A stretch of 64,000 nt of DNA from Eledone cirrhosa (taxonomy: Eukaryota): NCBI GenBank assembly GCA_964016885.1, contig OZ024741.1:300142001-300206000 (forward strand), read 5' to 3'. A program made the translations under genes and the position numbers. The notes under the pieces are model-generated. The model saw nothing but the letters and a program-made list of their open reading frames with translations. It was not told the origin of the DNA and did no database searches. How positions within the stretch are numbered: position 1 is the stretch's first letter; each line of letters begins with the position of its first letter. Below are positions 1 through 13,924 of this stretch, piece by piece.

Positions 1-1789
1 CAAGTTCCAGCACCTGAACTCCTAAGAGTAACAAATATTTCAAATTTTAAACAACTTATATTTAAACAATATCTATAAAAAAAAAACAGAACACCCAACA
101 TAGCATAATTTCACTATATAATGGACGCCATTTGAGAAAGATATATTTTGTATGTAGCGATGTGTCATTCAATAATTGTTTCTAACATACATACAATCTC
201 ATATATAGTAGGTGAGTAGGAATGTAAACTAGTTTTTCTCCAGTACATATTCTATCATCAAGAGAACGATGAATTGAAATGTCAAACATAGCATGATTTT
301 AATTAGTAACATAGAAACCTAGCTAAATATAACACAATATCAAGTGATCCATGCATACGACTAACTATAGTAGGAATGAAGTTGGTTATATAAGCAGTAA
401 TATATGAATCCTGATCGTATTTTTTCATCCAAGAAATGAGATTTGAACTTTAAGCGTAAAAAGTCTAATTTAAATGTTACAGGCCAATTTCGTGATGACC
501 CCAAAGACTCTGCCATTTCAAACATTATGAAAGGATTAGTGGAAAGTTTCTGCGGTACAAAGAACGAGATCAATAGAAAATATCTAATATGTTGATATAG
601 AGCATGCATATATCTTATATCACCATGCATACACATTACAGAAAGGGTCTATTTTTGAGAGATCTAGCTCATATGGCGCATATGGCTACAGCCAATTATA
701 TTTTGCACCTGAAAAGTTATTATTTGCTTCCAGATTATATCTCACCAGCTTGAAATAGCAGTTATTTCGTTTGCAACTGAAGACACGCTACGTAGCTTAG
801 AAGACAAATATCCTACCAATCCCGTCCTGTTCAGACGGTGAGCGTGAGTTTGACGTATTGTCACGACAAGCAAATGCATTATTTGGAGAATTTCACTACC
901 ACGTATTGTGTAGATTAGGATTGGTTATCAAGCACGTGTCACTTGTTAATCATTTATCAGACATCTCTATCAATAATTCATTTTGGAATTTTTGTACCAT
1001 CTTCTAAGAGTTTGCGATGAAATGAGACATGCTGGCCTCCGGTACGTTTTGAGAAAGAGACAGATTGCTGAGGTGCATGGACATAGGTGGTCTTAAGGAA
1101 GAGCTTGGTTGCCGGTCCTCTCCGAAATCTGTATAAGTCAATATGGAGTGAAATAGAATCTCTCTCTTTGGGGACACCTAAACGATAGAATTCCCAATTT
1201 ATTACTTTCATATCACACTCAGTGTAAAGTTCCCACCATTATAGTCTTTCATTCATAATCATTGTATGCTTAATAATTGTGGACATAAAAGAAATCAGTT
1301 TTATTTTGTCATTAGTATACTTTATAATGCCTGCTTTCGCTTCCTGTGAATATGGATTTCTCTGTACTTCAGAAATATACAATGTATTGAAAATAATCTG
1401 CATAACACAGATGCAGTGCTAATCACATCTATTTTCTATATATGTGTACATCGTGAGTGCTGCGGATGTCGAATATATAAACGAAAATATTTATTATGTG
1501 GTTTATGTTAATTTCATAGAGTATACGCTGTTTTCTTCAATAGAATATGTATTGCATGAGTTTATGTATGTCCTGTTTGCCAGTGGTGCGCTGTTTGTAT
1601 TCTATTGCAATTCAGATGTCATTTGTAGAGTGTAGGGTATATAAAATATAGCAGGTTCATGGTTTGGACTATGTGTATCATTGTGAACACTTGCATGATT
1701 TGCATTACTTTCTTTATTTTATATAATGTATGGTATCACGATTACTATTTGAATTGGTTTTACATTCATCCTCAGAAGAACTGTTCTGC

Positions 1790-2420
1790 TAGCTAGAGAA
1801 CGGGTAACAGGTGAGGTCTAACGATACGGCCGCCAGATTTGAAGGCTAGTTGTGATATAAGTGGACACCTTCGGACGAATACGCAACCCTGAACCAGTAA
1901 GTGAACAATGGAGGGGATTTCCTCTCAAGAAACCTAGGCAGTGCACTCTGCATGTGCTTGGAATTCCACTGAAGTAGGAAGAGAAGTTCAAGTATCTCGG
2001 GGACGTCCCTACAAGTGATGGAAAGTAGGAGGGTGAATTAAGTGCAAGAATTGCAGGAGCTCGTGCAGTAACGCGCCAGCTTCAGCATTGCTTAATCAGA
2101 ATACAAGCGGCCTAAACTATAAAGTGCGAAGTCGCAGATCGGAGATTCGCTCCAGGTAGAGCTGGTACTTCACAGCACCGATATTATGGGTATGTGATTA
2201 GAATGTCTGAGGAAATAATCGCTGGACAGATTTTAGGGGTTAAACCAATTAGCAGGAGACCCAGTGGTAGACTCTGAGCAAGATATGTGGATGACATCCA
2301 TGAGCTCGCCTGTCCTCGCTTTGGGATCCAACCGGATCAACTGTAGGTAGTTGCTTCGAGCAGGACCCCATAGAATACTCTGCCTCCCACGACCCTCCCA
2401 GGGATAAGTAAGTGAAGATG
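1790..2420 (+). mobile_element. RTE-clade LINE, 3' fragment (decayed RT C-terminus)
   Basis: Broken frames give EKFKYLGDVPTSDG...ELSARIAGARA and YYGYVIRMSEE...RRPSGR...YVDDI, typical of the RTE ORF C-terminus; many stops. Confidence 0.7.
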
Positions 2421-3279
2421 AATAAAGAATGGTTTACCTTTATTTTTCATATTTCGCTTGATGCTTGGTTTTGCACAGTAACGTTCTGAAATCCATTTAA
2501 TGACAACTTTTCACACAACCATTTAGAAACATTCTTTACTGTGATTGTCGGTATGACCTGCATTTAAATTGCCACCGAATGTATCTATGTCCTAGACTCC
2601 TTTATATTTGTATTTTTGTTCTTATTATCGCAACATAACTTATTTATTTTGCCATTGTTCAATAGGGAAACACAATTTGAAAAGAAAAACTTGCTTTAAA
2701 TAGATTATTTTAGAAGGTATCAACATATCTTTCAGAATATATATATACTTTTGTTCCGTTGTATTTATTTCCATTATATATGGGCTGTTTGCTTTGATAT
2801 ACTTATCACTTTACACAGGCGTGCTTCAGACGATTGTCGCCTGGTCGTGTTTACGTATATACTTGAATATTTTACTTTGTATCCGTTTTCAAGTCAAATT
2901 GATGGGATATTGCCAAGTAAAACTAGATGTCCCTGTGATCATGTGTGTGTATATCCTCTGAATTGTCATGGACATGGGAATATGGGAAAAAGGAAATGAT
3001 ATAGCAATTGTCTGACTGAACTGTTTGATTAATAAGTAGCTAATAATATAGAATTGGATTTCTTTAATTTATGTTTATAGTTGGGAATAGCTAGGGAAAG
3101 CTGGAGTTAAGCTAGTGAATTCCAAATCTGTTTCTCGTTTTCTTGTTTATTTATTTATTTATATATTTATTTATTTATTAGATTTTGCCTGTTCTTACTT
3201 AATTCGTTTTTCGCTTCTTTTTCTTTAAATATTTTCTGTCGATTTTTTTCCTTATTTTAATTTACCATTTCATATTTGT

Positions 3280-3428
3280 TCCGGCTCTTAATGTAAAAAA
3301 CCCACCGAATTGATCTTTGCAATTCATCCTTCCACGCTTGATAAAATATAATATTAGTCAGATACAGGCGTCGATATAATCTACTTTCATTTCCACCTAA
3401 ATGCTGGCCTTGTGCCTAATAAAAAAAA

Positions 3429-3430
<2 letters not shown>
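3280..3430 (+). mobile_element. Degenerate tRNA-derived SINE, 3' half, followed by (TTA)n
   Basis: ttcatcctt...gataaaat...gtcgatataatc...tgctggccttgtgcc resembles the SINE at 37611. Confidence 0.55.
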
Positions 3431-3492
<62 letters not shown>

Positions 3493-3511
3493 GTTATTAT
3501 TATTATTATTA

Positions 3512-3569
<58 letters not shown>

Positions 3570-3572
3570 CCT

Positions 3573-3635
<63 letters not shown>
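3431..3635. repeat. Compound (TTA)n/(TAG)n microsatellite
   Basis: Directly visible. Confidence 0.95.
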
Positions 3636-3636
<1 letters not shown>

Positions 3637-4233
3637 CCTTGTTGTTGTAATATCCCATATACATTATGTTCTTTGTGTTAATATTTTTGAGAATTTGAAA
3701 GTCAGCCAAATTGGTTTACATTTATTTGGCTCCCGTGAGAAATAAGAGAATGGAAGATAAATGACGCTTCAGAATAAATATTATTTACCACATGAACATT
3801 GGGAATAAGAAATCTTACTGTCAATTTCCATCTTTCTCTATGCCCCAGTCCTTCGCGTTGACTTTATTTATTTCACTTTCTGTTTTTATAATCATTCTCT
3901 CTGTTAGTCCCGTTCCAGAATAGAAATAAAAAAAATTACCAACAAACAAGTGAGATGTTGCTAAATAGAGCTTCGTTTCAAATATTAATCGTTATTTCCC
4001 AAAGTGGTATTATACCAAATCGTAAATACAAACTACATATTTGTAATGTGTAACATCCAACAAGTTGGATAGTATGATTGTGAGTCGTTCAGGCTGATTT
4101 ACTCTGACCACTTAAGAACCAACTAATCATATGGGAAATAGCATTTAAATATATGAAAGTATTAAACATGACAGAACAGAGAATTAACATCTTAGAAGCT
4201 CTTCATGAAGGTTACGGGAAATATAAGTGTTTG

Positions 4234-4299
<66 letters not shown>

Positions 4300-4922
4300 G
4301 GTAGATGTCTGTCTCTGTGTGTGTATGATTTTTTTGCATTTCCACATTTCTCTACCGATTTTGATGATATTTTTTCCAATGTACTCCAAATTTACCAGGG
4401 CAGGGCAACGCGTAATTACCTTTGCCAAAAATGTCCTGCTTCTATTAAAAGAAATCGATAAAACTAAATACATGCTAAATACATGCTGAAATGCAATTAC
4501 CCGGGCAACCGAGACAGAAAAAAAGAGGAGCATCCGCCTTTCCGGAAAGGCATTTGTAACTGCAGTTGCACGTGCAGCGCGACCTGACGAACAACATTCT
4601 CGACGACTAAGAAAAAATGCGGCCTCCACCGCTGAGGCACGTTACGGTGAGGACGAAGAACACCGTACAGTCGACGACGAAGAGATACTGCCTCAACTGC
4701 TGCGTCACGTGCTGCCGAGGACGAAGGGCAGCGTTCCAGACGTCAACGTACGGACGCCGTTTCAACAGCTTCCGTTCGCGCATCAGAGACTGCGCAAATT
4801 CAATTACGAAGGCTGAACGCCAACACAATCCACAGAAGTGCTAAACGAGGTACACAGAGGATCAGTTGCACTCAGTGGTCTCATAAGGCTTCCACTATGA
4901 CCCAACAGTAAACTATGCACTG

Positions 4923-7900
4923 ATGCCAGAAGTTCAGATTGGATCCATGTCTGTCATTTGCCAATATTGTCGGGCAAAATGGCCTGGGGAAACTTCAGGG
5001 ATGTGCTGCCCTGACGGCAAAGTGAAACTGCCTCCTCTACAGGAACTACCACAACCTTTGAAGTCTCTACTAACCGGTGCCACAGCGGAGTCGGAACACT
5101 TCTTTCTATGTTCCAGGAGATACAACGCTGCCTTCCAAATGACCTCTTTCGGAGTTACCATCATACGCGAGGACGGCTTCATGCCTACCTTTAAAGTTCA
5201 AGGACAAATTTACCGCAGAATCAGTTCGCTACTGCCCACGACAGACGGACAGCCCCAGTTCCTACAGCTGTACTTTGTCACTGACTATTTGGACCAAGCG
5301 GAACGACGCACTTTAATTTCGCCTGGCACAGACATGAAAATTCTGTTGCAACTCCAGAGAATGTTGCACGAAAACAACAACTACATTCGCAGGTTTAAAT
5401 GCGCATTGGAGGCTGCTTCGTTGCCAAATTTTGCTGTTATAATCGACAGTGACAGGAAACCACCAGGCACCCACGCCAGATGTTTTAACACTTCCACGTG
5501 CAATGAAATAGCTGTCCTTCTTCATGGAGAACAGTACAACAAGCGGGACATCATACTTCAGTGTAGGGACACTAGTCTGCAACGGATCAGCGAGACGCAT
5601 AGGTCCTACGACGCATTCCAATATCCCCTACTTTTCCCAATCGGGTACAACGGATACCGGTTTGGAATTCCTTTGTGCAACAGAAACAAAACTGTTTCTC
5701 CTATGCAATTTTACACCTACCGATTCATGGTCCGCGAATGCTGCTTTAACCAACTTTACCATGCAAGAGTACTCTTCAACCAGCTTGCTGTAGACGCGTT
5801 CGCAAAGATCGAATCTGAAAGGCCCTGCTACATAAGGAACAATCAAGCACGCCTTCGTTCGGACAGCTACATTCACTTACGGGATGGAGTAAGGAATGAC
5901 GTCGATCCCGAGAACCTAGGAAAACATTGTATCCTTACGTCGACCTTCATTGGGAGTCCCGATACATGAGTGAACGGACACAGGATGCTATGACGTACGT
6001 GCGTCTCTACGGCAGACCGAATCTCTTCATCACTTCAACATGCAACCCTAAGTGGAATGAAATTACCGCGGAATTATTCCCCGGACAAAGGGCGTCAGAC
6101 AGACACGATCTTACGGCACGAGTCTTTCACTTGAAGTTGACAAAACTTATTGAACTCCTAAAATCAGGTAAGCCCTTTGGACCTGTTAGGTGCTACGTAT
6201 GCACCGTTGAGTGGAAAAAGAGAGACCTGCCACACTCTCAGCTACTAATTTGGCTGATAACGAAAATCAACGCAAGCAGCATTGACAGCATCATTTCAGC
6301 AGAAATACCCGACGCAAAATTGGACAGAGAACTCCACAACATCGTCACTGCTCACATGGTTCATGGGCCATGTGGAAACGGTTTCAACATGAATTATCCA
6401 TGCATTAAAGAAAGAAGGTGCACCGAGAGGTATCCTAGGCCATTCCTCCGAGAAACTCGGACAGGTGGCGACAGTTATCCATTATACCGCCGCAGGGAGC
6501 CAGCGGACGGAGGAATTGTTGCGAAAACACCACATCACAACGTCGACAACCGGTGGATTGTATCCTACTGCCCACTTCTGCTTAAATTGTTTAACGCCCA
6601 CATTAACGTTGAATACTGCCACTCCGTCAAATCGATAAGGTACGTCTGCAAGTATATCAATAAGGGGTCAGATGCTGCGTCCTTTGGTCTTACAATGGAG
6701 AGCAACCGAGACGAAGTAACTCAATAACATGTCGGCTGATACATCAGCAGCAATGAAGCGTTCTGGCGATTCTTCCACTTTGCAATACACCATAACTACC
6801 CCCCAATCACACAGTTGGCGGTGCACCTTGAAAACGGTCAAAGAGTCTACTTCACCGCCTCCACCGCTCCTGAGGAACCCAAGGACACCACACTTACGGC
6901 ATTTTTTAAGTTATGCCGAAACGATCCCTTCGCCAAGACCATCTTCTACTCTCAGGTGCCATCATACTACACATGGAACACAGATGCGACATCGGCGGAG
7001 GCAGCTATAATACGCTCAGCGCGAACTCTTCGGCAACTCTTTGCGGTGCTACTGCAGACATGCGAGTTAAGCGACCCTGCATCCTTGTGGGACAAATACA
7101 AAGAAGACCTTTCCGATGACTATATACACCAAGGACAAATGCTACTTCCCCATTCCGCGTACGAGTCAGCGAGGAATTCTTCAACAACGCTCTCATTGAC
7201 ATCGAGGACAAAATCCTAACTGCCGGCGGAAATGAACTTCCATTCTATGGACTGCCAAATGTTCAGCGAACGGGCTCCGACAAACTTCCGATGGGCATAA
7301 TTCAGGAAACTGCCTACGACGTTCCCGCCCTGGAAATGTTCATCAACTAAACCAGACGAAATTTTTGCAGGACCAACGGCAGGCGTATGACACAGTTTTC
7401 ACTTCCATTCGTCAACACAGAGGAGGTATCTTCTTTTTGGACGCCCCAGGAGGAACTGGTAAAACAATCGTCAATAAACTCCTCCTTTCCAAAGTGCGAC
7501 AGCAGAAAGGAATCGCCCTGGCTGTGGCTTCTTCTGGCATTGCCGCAACTCTGCTGCCCGGAGGTAGGACAGTTCATTCCGCATTTAAACTGCCATTCAA
7601 CACGCCTTCCGACGACATCACCAAGGACTCTGACAAAGCTGAAGTCTTAAAAAGATGCCACCTACTTGAGTGGGACGAATGCACAATGGCCCATAAAGGG
7701 TCCCTTGAGGCGTTAGACAGAACCCTACGAGACATCAGAGAATGCAACCGGCCGATGGGAGGAGTACCTCTACTGTTGTCTGGCGATTTTCGACAAAGTC
7801 TTCCAGAATTTCCAAAAGCCACCATGGCCGACACTGTGTGGGCTTGCATTAATTCATCTCCCCTGTGACAGGAAGTGACAATCCTGACCCTCACAACAAA

Positions 7901-7975
7901 CATGAGAGCCCAACTGCTCGGCGACCACTCAGCAGCCGACTTCTCTAAGGACCTCTTAACAGTTGGTGACGGCAC
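4923..7975 (+). pseudogene. Helitron RepHel unit 1: Zn finger, HUH Rep and N-terminal half of Pif1 helicase (frameshifted)
   Basis: CQYC...MCC; PNLFITSTCNPKW; VEWKKRDLPHSQLLIW; YVCKYINKG; DAPGGTGKT; AVASSGIAATLL; WDECTM; GDFRQ. Confidence 0.92.
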
Positions 7976-10010
7976 TTCACTCTGACGGGTTTCTTCAAAC
8001 TTTGCCAGTTCGATAGATTTGCGCAAACAATTGTGTACTCCCAGGTTCCATCCTACTTTATATGGTCGAAAAACACTTGGGTGCGAAGTAAGTCAGGTCA
8101 GGCTACTGAAAGACATCCTGGTGTAAAATTTGATAGCTGTCTTGGAAGGGTTTACACTGTGCCTCCAAGTCAGCTTGAGTGCTTTTATCTCCGCCTTCTG
8201 CATGAAGTTGTAGGGCCACAACATTTTCAGGACCTCAAAACTGCTGATGGAGAAATATGTCATACGTACCGGGAAGACTGCTTTAAGCGTGGTCTTTTGG
8301 AAGATGATTCGCAATGGGATTCTACTTTAGCAGAGGGTGCTTTGTTGAAATCACCTAAAGGTCTACGGGAACTCTTTGCCATTTTGCTTCAAAAGTGTGA
8401 ATTGGGTGATCCCAAATCTTTATGTCTGAGGACTCCCTGCGTCTGGCTCATCTGCAGTATACTTCAATGGAAGTTGTATACAGCGACATTATCTACAACA
8501 GGGCACTCATTGATATCGAGGACGCCTTCCTGGACATGGGTGGGAGTGAATTGGCGATGTATGGCTTGCCGTCAACCGTCAGAGAGGAAGCTAACACGTT
8601 GGCCCAGGATTTGTTGCTGGAAACAGCATATGACATCGAATTTCTTTCCCAATACTTACAGGAAAATGAGCCCAAACTTCTGTCGGGCCAAAGGTTGGCC
8701 TATTTAACTATCATTGATGCGCTTCAAAATCAGACTGGGAGTATTTACTTTCTCGATACTCCTGGGGGTACCGGAAAAACTTATGTAATGAAATTGATTC
8801 TCCCTAAGATTCGTCAGGAGAAAAGAATTTCGTTGGCCGTTGCATTGTCCGGGATCGCAGCTATTTTGCTGCCGGGAGGAAGGACAGCACATTCAACATT
8901 TAAACTCCCCTTCGATTTAGTAAAAACTGAGACACCAACATGCAATATCAGCAAGAGTTCACACGAAGCTCTTGTTCTAAGAAAATGTTTCCTAATTGTT
9001 TAGGATGAGTGCACAATGGCACACAAGGGTGTCTTTGATGCATTGGACGGGACCCTGAAAGACATTAGGGATTCTACGGCTCCTATGTGTGCCGTAACCC
9101 TTCTGCTATCAGGGGATTTTTTACAAAGGGACAAGAGCTGATGAGAGTGCGTTCCTGCCTTAAGACGTCCATATTGTGGCTCCAGTTGAAGAGTTTGTAC
9201 CTGAGCACAAATATGCGTGCTCATTTGCATGGTGACAACATGTCTGCAGCATTTGCTCAGAATATTTTTGCACTTGGTGAGGGCAAGGTCCCTGCGGATG
9301 ACAAGGGCAGCATAGCAATCGACTCCCTGTGCAACATTGTGAGCAGCCCTATGACCTTTTGGAAGCAGTTTTTCCTAATGTTTCATCTAACCTCGATTGG
9401 CTCAGCGAAAGAGCCATCCTTGCTCCGAAAAATACCATGGTTAATTTTATTAACGAGCAGCTGATTGAGAAGATTCCCGGTAAAGAACACATCTTCAAAT
9501 CTATCGACCGTAAGTCAGACCCCGACAATATCGTTAATTATCCGGTTGAGTTATTAAATTCCCTTGAGCCCCCAGAGCTCCCACCTCAGATTCTTAAGCT
9601 TAGGGTTGGCTGTCCCATTATGCTAATAAGGAACTTGCGTCCACCAAAGCAGTGCAACGTTACTCGCATGGTCGTCAAGTCACTGACGCCCCACTTGATT
9701 GAGTCCACCATTGTAACGGGGTGCGAGTGAGGGGAGAATGTTTTCATTCCAAGGATGAACCTTTTCTACTCGGTGTCAGATATCCCGTTCGATTTCCGGC
9801 GATCCCAATTACCGGTGAGACCATGTTTTGCCATGTCCATTAACAAGCCACAAGGGCAAACATTGTCAGTGGCGGGCATCCATTTGCGGGAGCCATGCTA
9901 CTCCCATGGCCAACTTTATGTTGCCTCTTCCCGCGTAGGGAGCAGGAATGGACTTTGGCTTACACTCCTCAAGGGATGACACGCAATATTGTCTACAAAG
10001 AGGTGCTATA
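7976..10010 (+). pseudogene. Helitron RepHel unit 2: linker and complete Pif1 helicase (frameshifted)
   Basis: YSQVPSY...LGRVYTV...FYLRLL; DTPGGTGKT; GRTAHSTF; RAILAPKN; LIRNLRPP; FAMSINKPQGQT; HGQLYVASSRV. Confidence 0.92.
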
Positions 10011-10326
10011 GATGTTGGTGCAGGTGTTGGAGGTGTTGGAGCTATGCCGGAGGGTCACCCAGAGCGGACAGATCTGACACCCAGCGGCATCAGGGTCACA
10101 ATCTTGCAACATTGGTTTACTAAATTCGCTATTGGAAGATTATTAACCCATCATTGATTGTCCAAAATGCTAATTGGTTCGTAACTATTAATAACCGGTT
10201 CAACTGCTTTATGCACTTAATTAATAAGCTTATGCGCTTTCAAGCTACGTTTACCTGTATGTAACTTTTCATAGCAAATGAACAAACCCGAGCAACTCCG
10301 GGCTAAACTGCTAGTATATATATTTA

Positions 10327-10386
<60 letters not shown>

Positions 10387-10412
10387 TGTATTAAACAACA
10401 TAAGATAAGTAT

Positions 10413-10473
10413 TTCATTTACCAGTGGTTTCTTGAAGGCAGATGTTATGTCTGTCTTCAGTCGTCAGAATGAA
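10413..10473 (-). ncRNA. Type I hammerhead ribozyme in pseudo-LTR
   Basis: ttcatt CTGACGA ctgaagacaga-cataaca-tctgccttcaa GAAA cc-act-gg TA aatgaa. Confidence 0.8.
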
Positions 10474-10949
10474 TAAATAACATGGTGTTTTTATTAAATA
10501 TGGATTGGAAAATAAAATATAGGAAATATGAAAGTGCGGCTGAAAAAACGGGCAAAAAGGAATTAGAGGAAAGAAATATCTAAATAAATATCCAGAACAT
10601 AAACATACCCACATTCAACCACGCGCATATACGTAATAGTACGTAGACGTATGCTTTCTCACATAAGCGTATTAGCGTCTACAAGGAAATACGAACAGGA
10701 ACATAAATACATACACATACATATACACAAATATTTATATACACTCATATATGCAGACAAATACACACACACACATATATAAAAAGGGGTATACACACAC
10801 ATAAACATACAAACACAAAAAAAAACAAAAACAAAACGCTCTATACATACGCGTACGTGTATATACACATACACATATATATATACCCACAGACACACGT
10901 ACACATACATATCCATACACACATATATACATGCATACACACACACATG

Positions 10950-12611
10950 GTTTTAAATCTGTCCTGAGTCATGCCAACATTTCGTTCACTCCTGGCTGGC
11001 TGGTTATTAGTCATCAGTGTCAATTCGGCCTCATACACAATAGATTGGGTATTACATTTATCCTGTAATGGGCATTATTCCGGCTTCCTGCAACTGCATC
11101 CTGGATTTACTCTAGTACCATTAGAGTTGGTAATTTTAGTTTTCCTTGATGGGTATCAAGAGTAGCTGATTTTAACTACATTTCTATTGAATATCTTATT
11201 ATATCTATGATTAGGGGGAAATGTATGTCTAGAAGGTCGAGGAATTATCTTCCCACGTTAGTTTTAACAGTTAGAGAGAAGGGGATGTAAACCAAATAAT
11301 ATTTCTTTTCCTGTTATTGTGTTTAGTGTTAGAAAGAGGAGTATGTAAATATTTAATTTGTTCGGTGAAGCCGTTGTTATTGAGGGCCTTATTATTGTTA
11401 AACATGTCTATAGACGAAGATAAGGTAGAAATCCTACGGCTAATGTTAGGAATAATATTTTTAAAGACTATAGGAGGATGGCAAGACTCTTTGTGTATAT
11501 ATCTTAAATTTTCATTAGCTTTATGATAAGGTTTAAAAGAGGCGGTAACTAGGTCAAAATTGATATCAAGGAAGTTAGTATTAGTAAGATTCGTGTTTAT
11601 AGTAATTTTTAGGTTCAGGTTAGCAAAGATATTGATTAAGTCTTTACGGAATGTATCAAGGTTAATGCCGTTGGTGGTATGAGAAACTGCCAAACCGTCG
11701 TCTCGGTATAAACCGATATTATAGCAAGGAAGTTTCTCTTTAACGGCGTGGAGGAGGAATAATCCTACTAAGTCGCACACATCGGCGCTATCATATGAGC
11801 CCATCGCAACATTAGAAGAGTTTTAAGGGCTTGATTTTTTAACTAAAGTACCTTCATTAGCAAAGAGTAGTGTTTTCCTAGCATGAAAGATAACGTCTTC
11901 TTCTAATTTAGGAATATTAATGAAAAGTCTAGCAAAATCTAAGGCTTTAGTTAATTAGGATTCTGTGATGGAGGGGTATAAACCAACAATATAAAATTGG
12001 ATAAATCTACACTTATTATTTCCTTGTATATTATTAAACCAAGAAATCACAGAGGATGTATTTAACCATTGGGATAAGTCAGTCATAGTTCTTATATGAA
12101 TTATTATTTTTCTTACGATCTTGCTACTCGCAAGGCCATTCTCCGATTTCGCAGGGTTAATTAGTCTACAATTGGATCGATTAGTAAATTCTTATTTATG
12201 GTCTTTAAGGGTAATATATCATTTACGTTTAGCTAGGCTTTCAATCCTGTTACCAATTTTTAAATTACTAGATAGGGTTTTAGCTTCATTATTAATGGTA
12301 TTATAAGTATTAATGTTAGCTATTTGGTATTTAGCCGTAATGCTATCTGTAAATAGTTGGTTATACGAATTGTTATTTACTTCAAAAAGATTCGTTGGTT
12401 TCGTTAGAAAAAACGAAAGTATTTATAGAGTTTTAAAATTAGAAATGTCGTTAAAGAGTTTGGATTGAAAATTGTTGTTGTACTTACGATATTTTAATTC
12501 ATTTATGAAGTTAATTAGGTCTATTGAAGTTGGCCAGGTCTTTAACTCTAGGTGGGTATTTGCGAGATTTAATGTCGAATTAGTCATTAGAATCAGCACA
12601 GAATTGTCCAT
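10950..12611 (-). pseudogene. PLE reverse transcriptase and truncated GIY-YIG endonuclease
   Basis: ORF pieces 12423-12611, 11271-11804 and 10841-11038 with stops and frameshifts. Confidence 0.85.
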
Positions 12612-12878
12612 CGAAAATCATAGCCTTCCATCTCATTCTTTTTATGTTCCTGTTTGTATTTCCTTGTAGACGCTAATACTAAGACGCTTATGTGAGAAAT
12701 TATGCGTCTACGTACTATTACGTATATGCGCGTGGTTGAGTGTGTGTATGTTTATGTTCTGGATATTTATTTATATATTTTCCCCATAATTGCTTTTTGC
12801 CCGTTTTTTCAGCCTCACTTTCATATTTCCTGAATTTTGTTTTCCAATCCATATTTAATAAAAACACCATGTTATTTA

Positions 12879-12939
12879 TTCATTCTGACGATTGAAGACA
12901 GGCATAACATCTGCCTTCAAGAAACCACTTGTAAATGAA
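12879..12939 (+). ncRNA. Type I hammerhead ribozyme in inverted pseudo-LTR
   Basis: ttcatt CTGACGA ttgaag...cttcaa GAAA c-cactt-g TA aatgaa. Confidence 0.8.
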
Positions 12940-13045
12940 ATAATTATCTTATGTTGTTTATTACATAACTAATAAGCTATGTAGCCTACATAGAGCACTC
13001 TTTTTTCCTGTACCTTTTCGACGGAAATACTCCATTTACACACAC

Positions 13046-13076
<31 letters not shown>

Positions 13077-13081
13077 CATAT

Positions 13082-13422
<341 letters not shown>

Positions 13423-13426
13423 ATAT

Positions 13427-13554
13427 ATATTTATTAAAATAACAGATTAAAGTTTAAGCAAAGAATCGTTGCTTTTATTCTTAACGGATTCTTCTGTTAA
13501 GGGTGAAAGCAGCGACTCTTTGCTTAAACTTTAATCTGTTATTTTAATAAATAT
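13427..13554. repeat. Near-perfect palindrome, 62-bp arms with 4-nt loop
   Basis: atatttattaaaataacagattaaagtttaagcaaag... and its reverse complement. Confidence 0.9.
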
Positions 13555-13646
13555 CTGCTCTCGCGTTCCTATATATTTGATATATATTTATCCTTATCGA
13601 GCCCTCTTTGGATTTTAGTCTTCACATTTATTATTATTACTATATA

Positions 13647-13719
<73 letters not shown>

Positions 13720-13924
13720 TTTTATGTGTGTGTATATATGTGTGCGTGTGTGTGTATGTGTGTGTATGTATCTGTGTGTGTGTTAGCGTGTGTGTGTATG
13801 TGAAGATGTGAAGAATCGGAGAACTATATATGTTGTTAGGGAGAACGACGGTATAGTTTTAGTGGTCAGACGACATTAACACTGAATTGTTTTACTTATA
13901 AAAAATACCAAATTTGTATGTATA

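Larger units (their letters stand above)
4285..10314 (+). mobile_element. Composite Helitron (Rep/Pif1 helicase), decayed
   Basis: 5' end tatataaaacggtagatgtctgtc emerges from (TA)n; Rep and helicase motifs inside; 3' hairpin cccgagcaactccggg (10287-10302) then CTAG (10311-10314) followed by T. Confidence 0.9.
10381..13037 (-). mobile_element. Penelope-like element 1 with inverted pseudo-LTRs (10381-10706 and 12641-12971)
   Basis: Minus-strand RT (MGSYDSADVCDLVG, GLYRDDGL, NRKRNIIWF) and GIY-YIG start (CSCRKP...CPL...IVYEAEL...VGMTQDRFK); the two flanks of about 330 bp are reverse complements. Confidence 0.9.

Noticed and set aside
3401-3745. Poly-L/V/I/S ORFs, and the many IYIY, CVCV and HTHT ORFs elsewhere
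   Set aside because: Translations of microsatellites.
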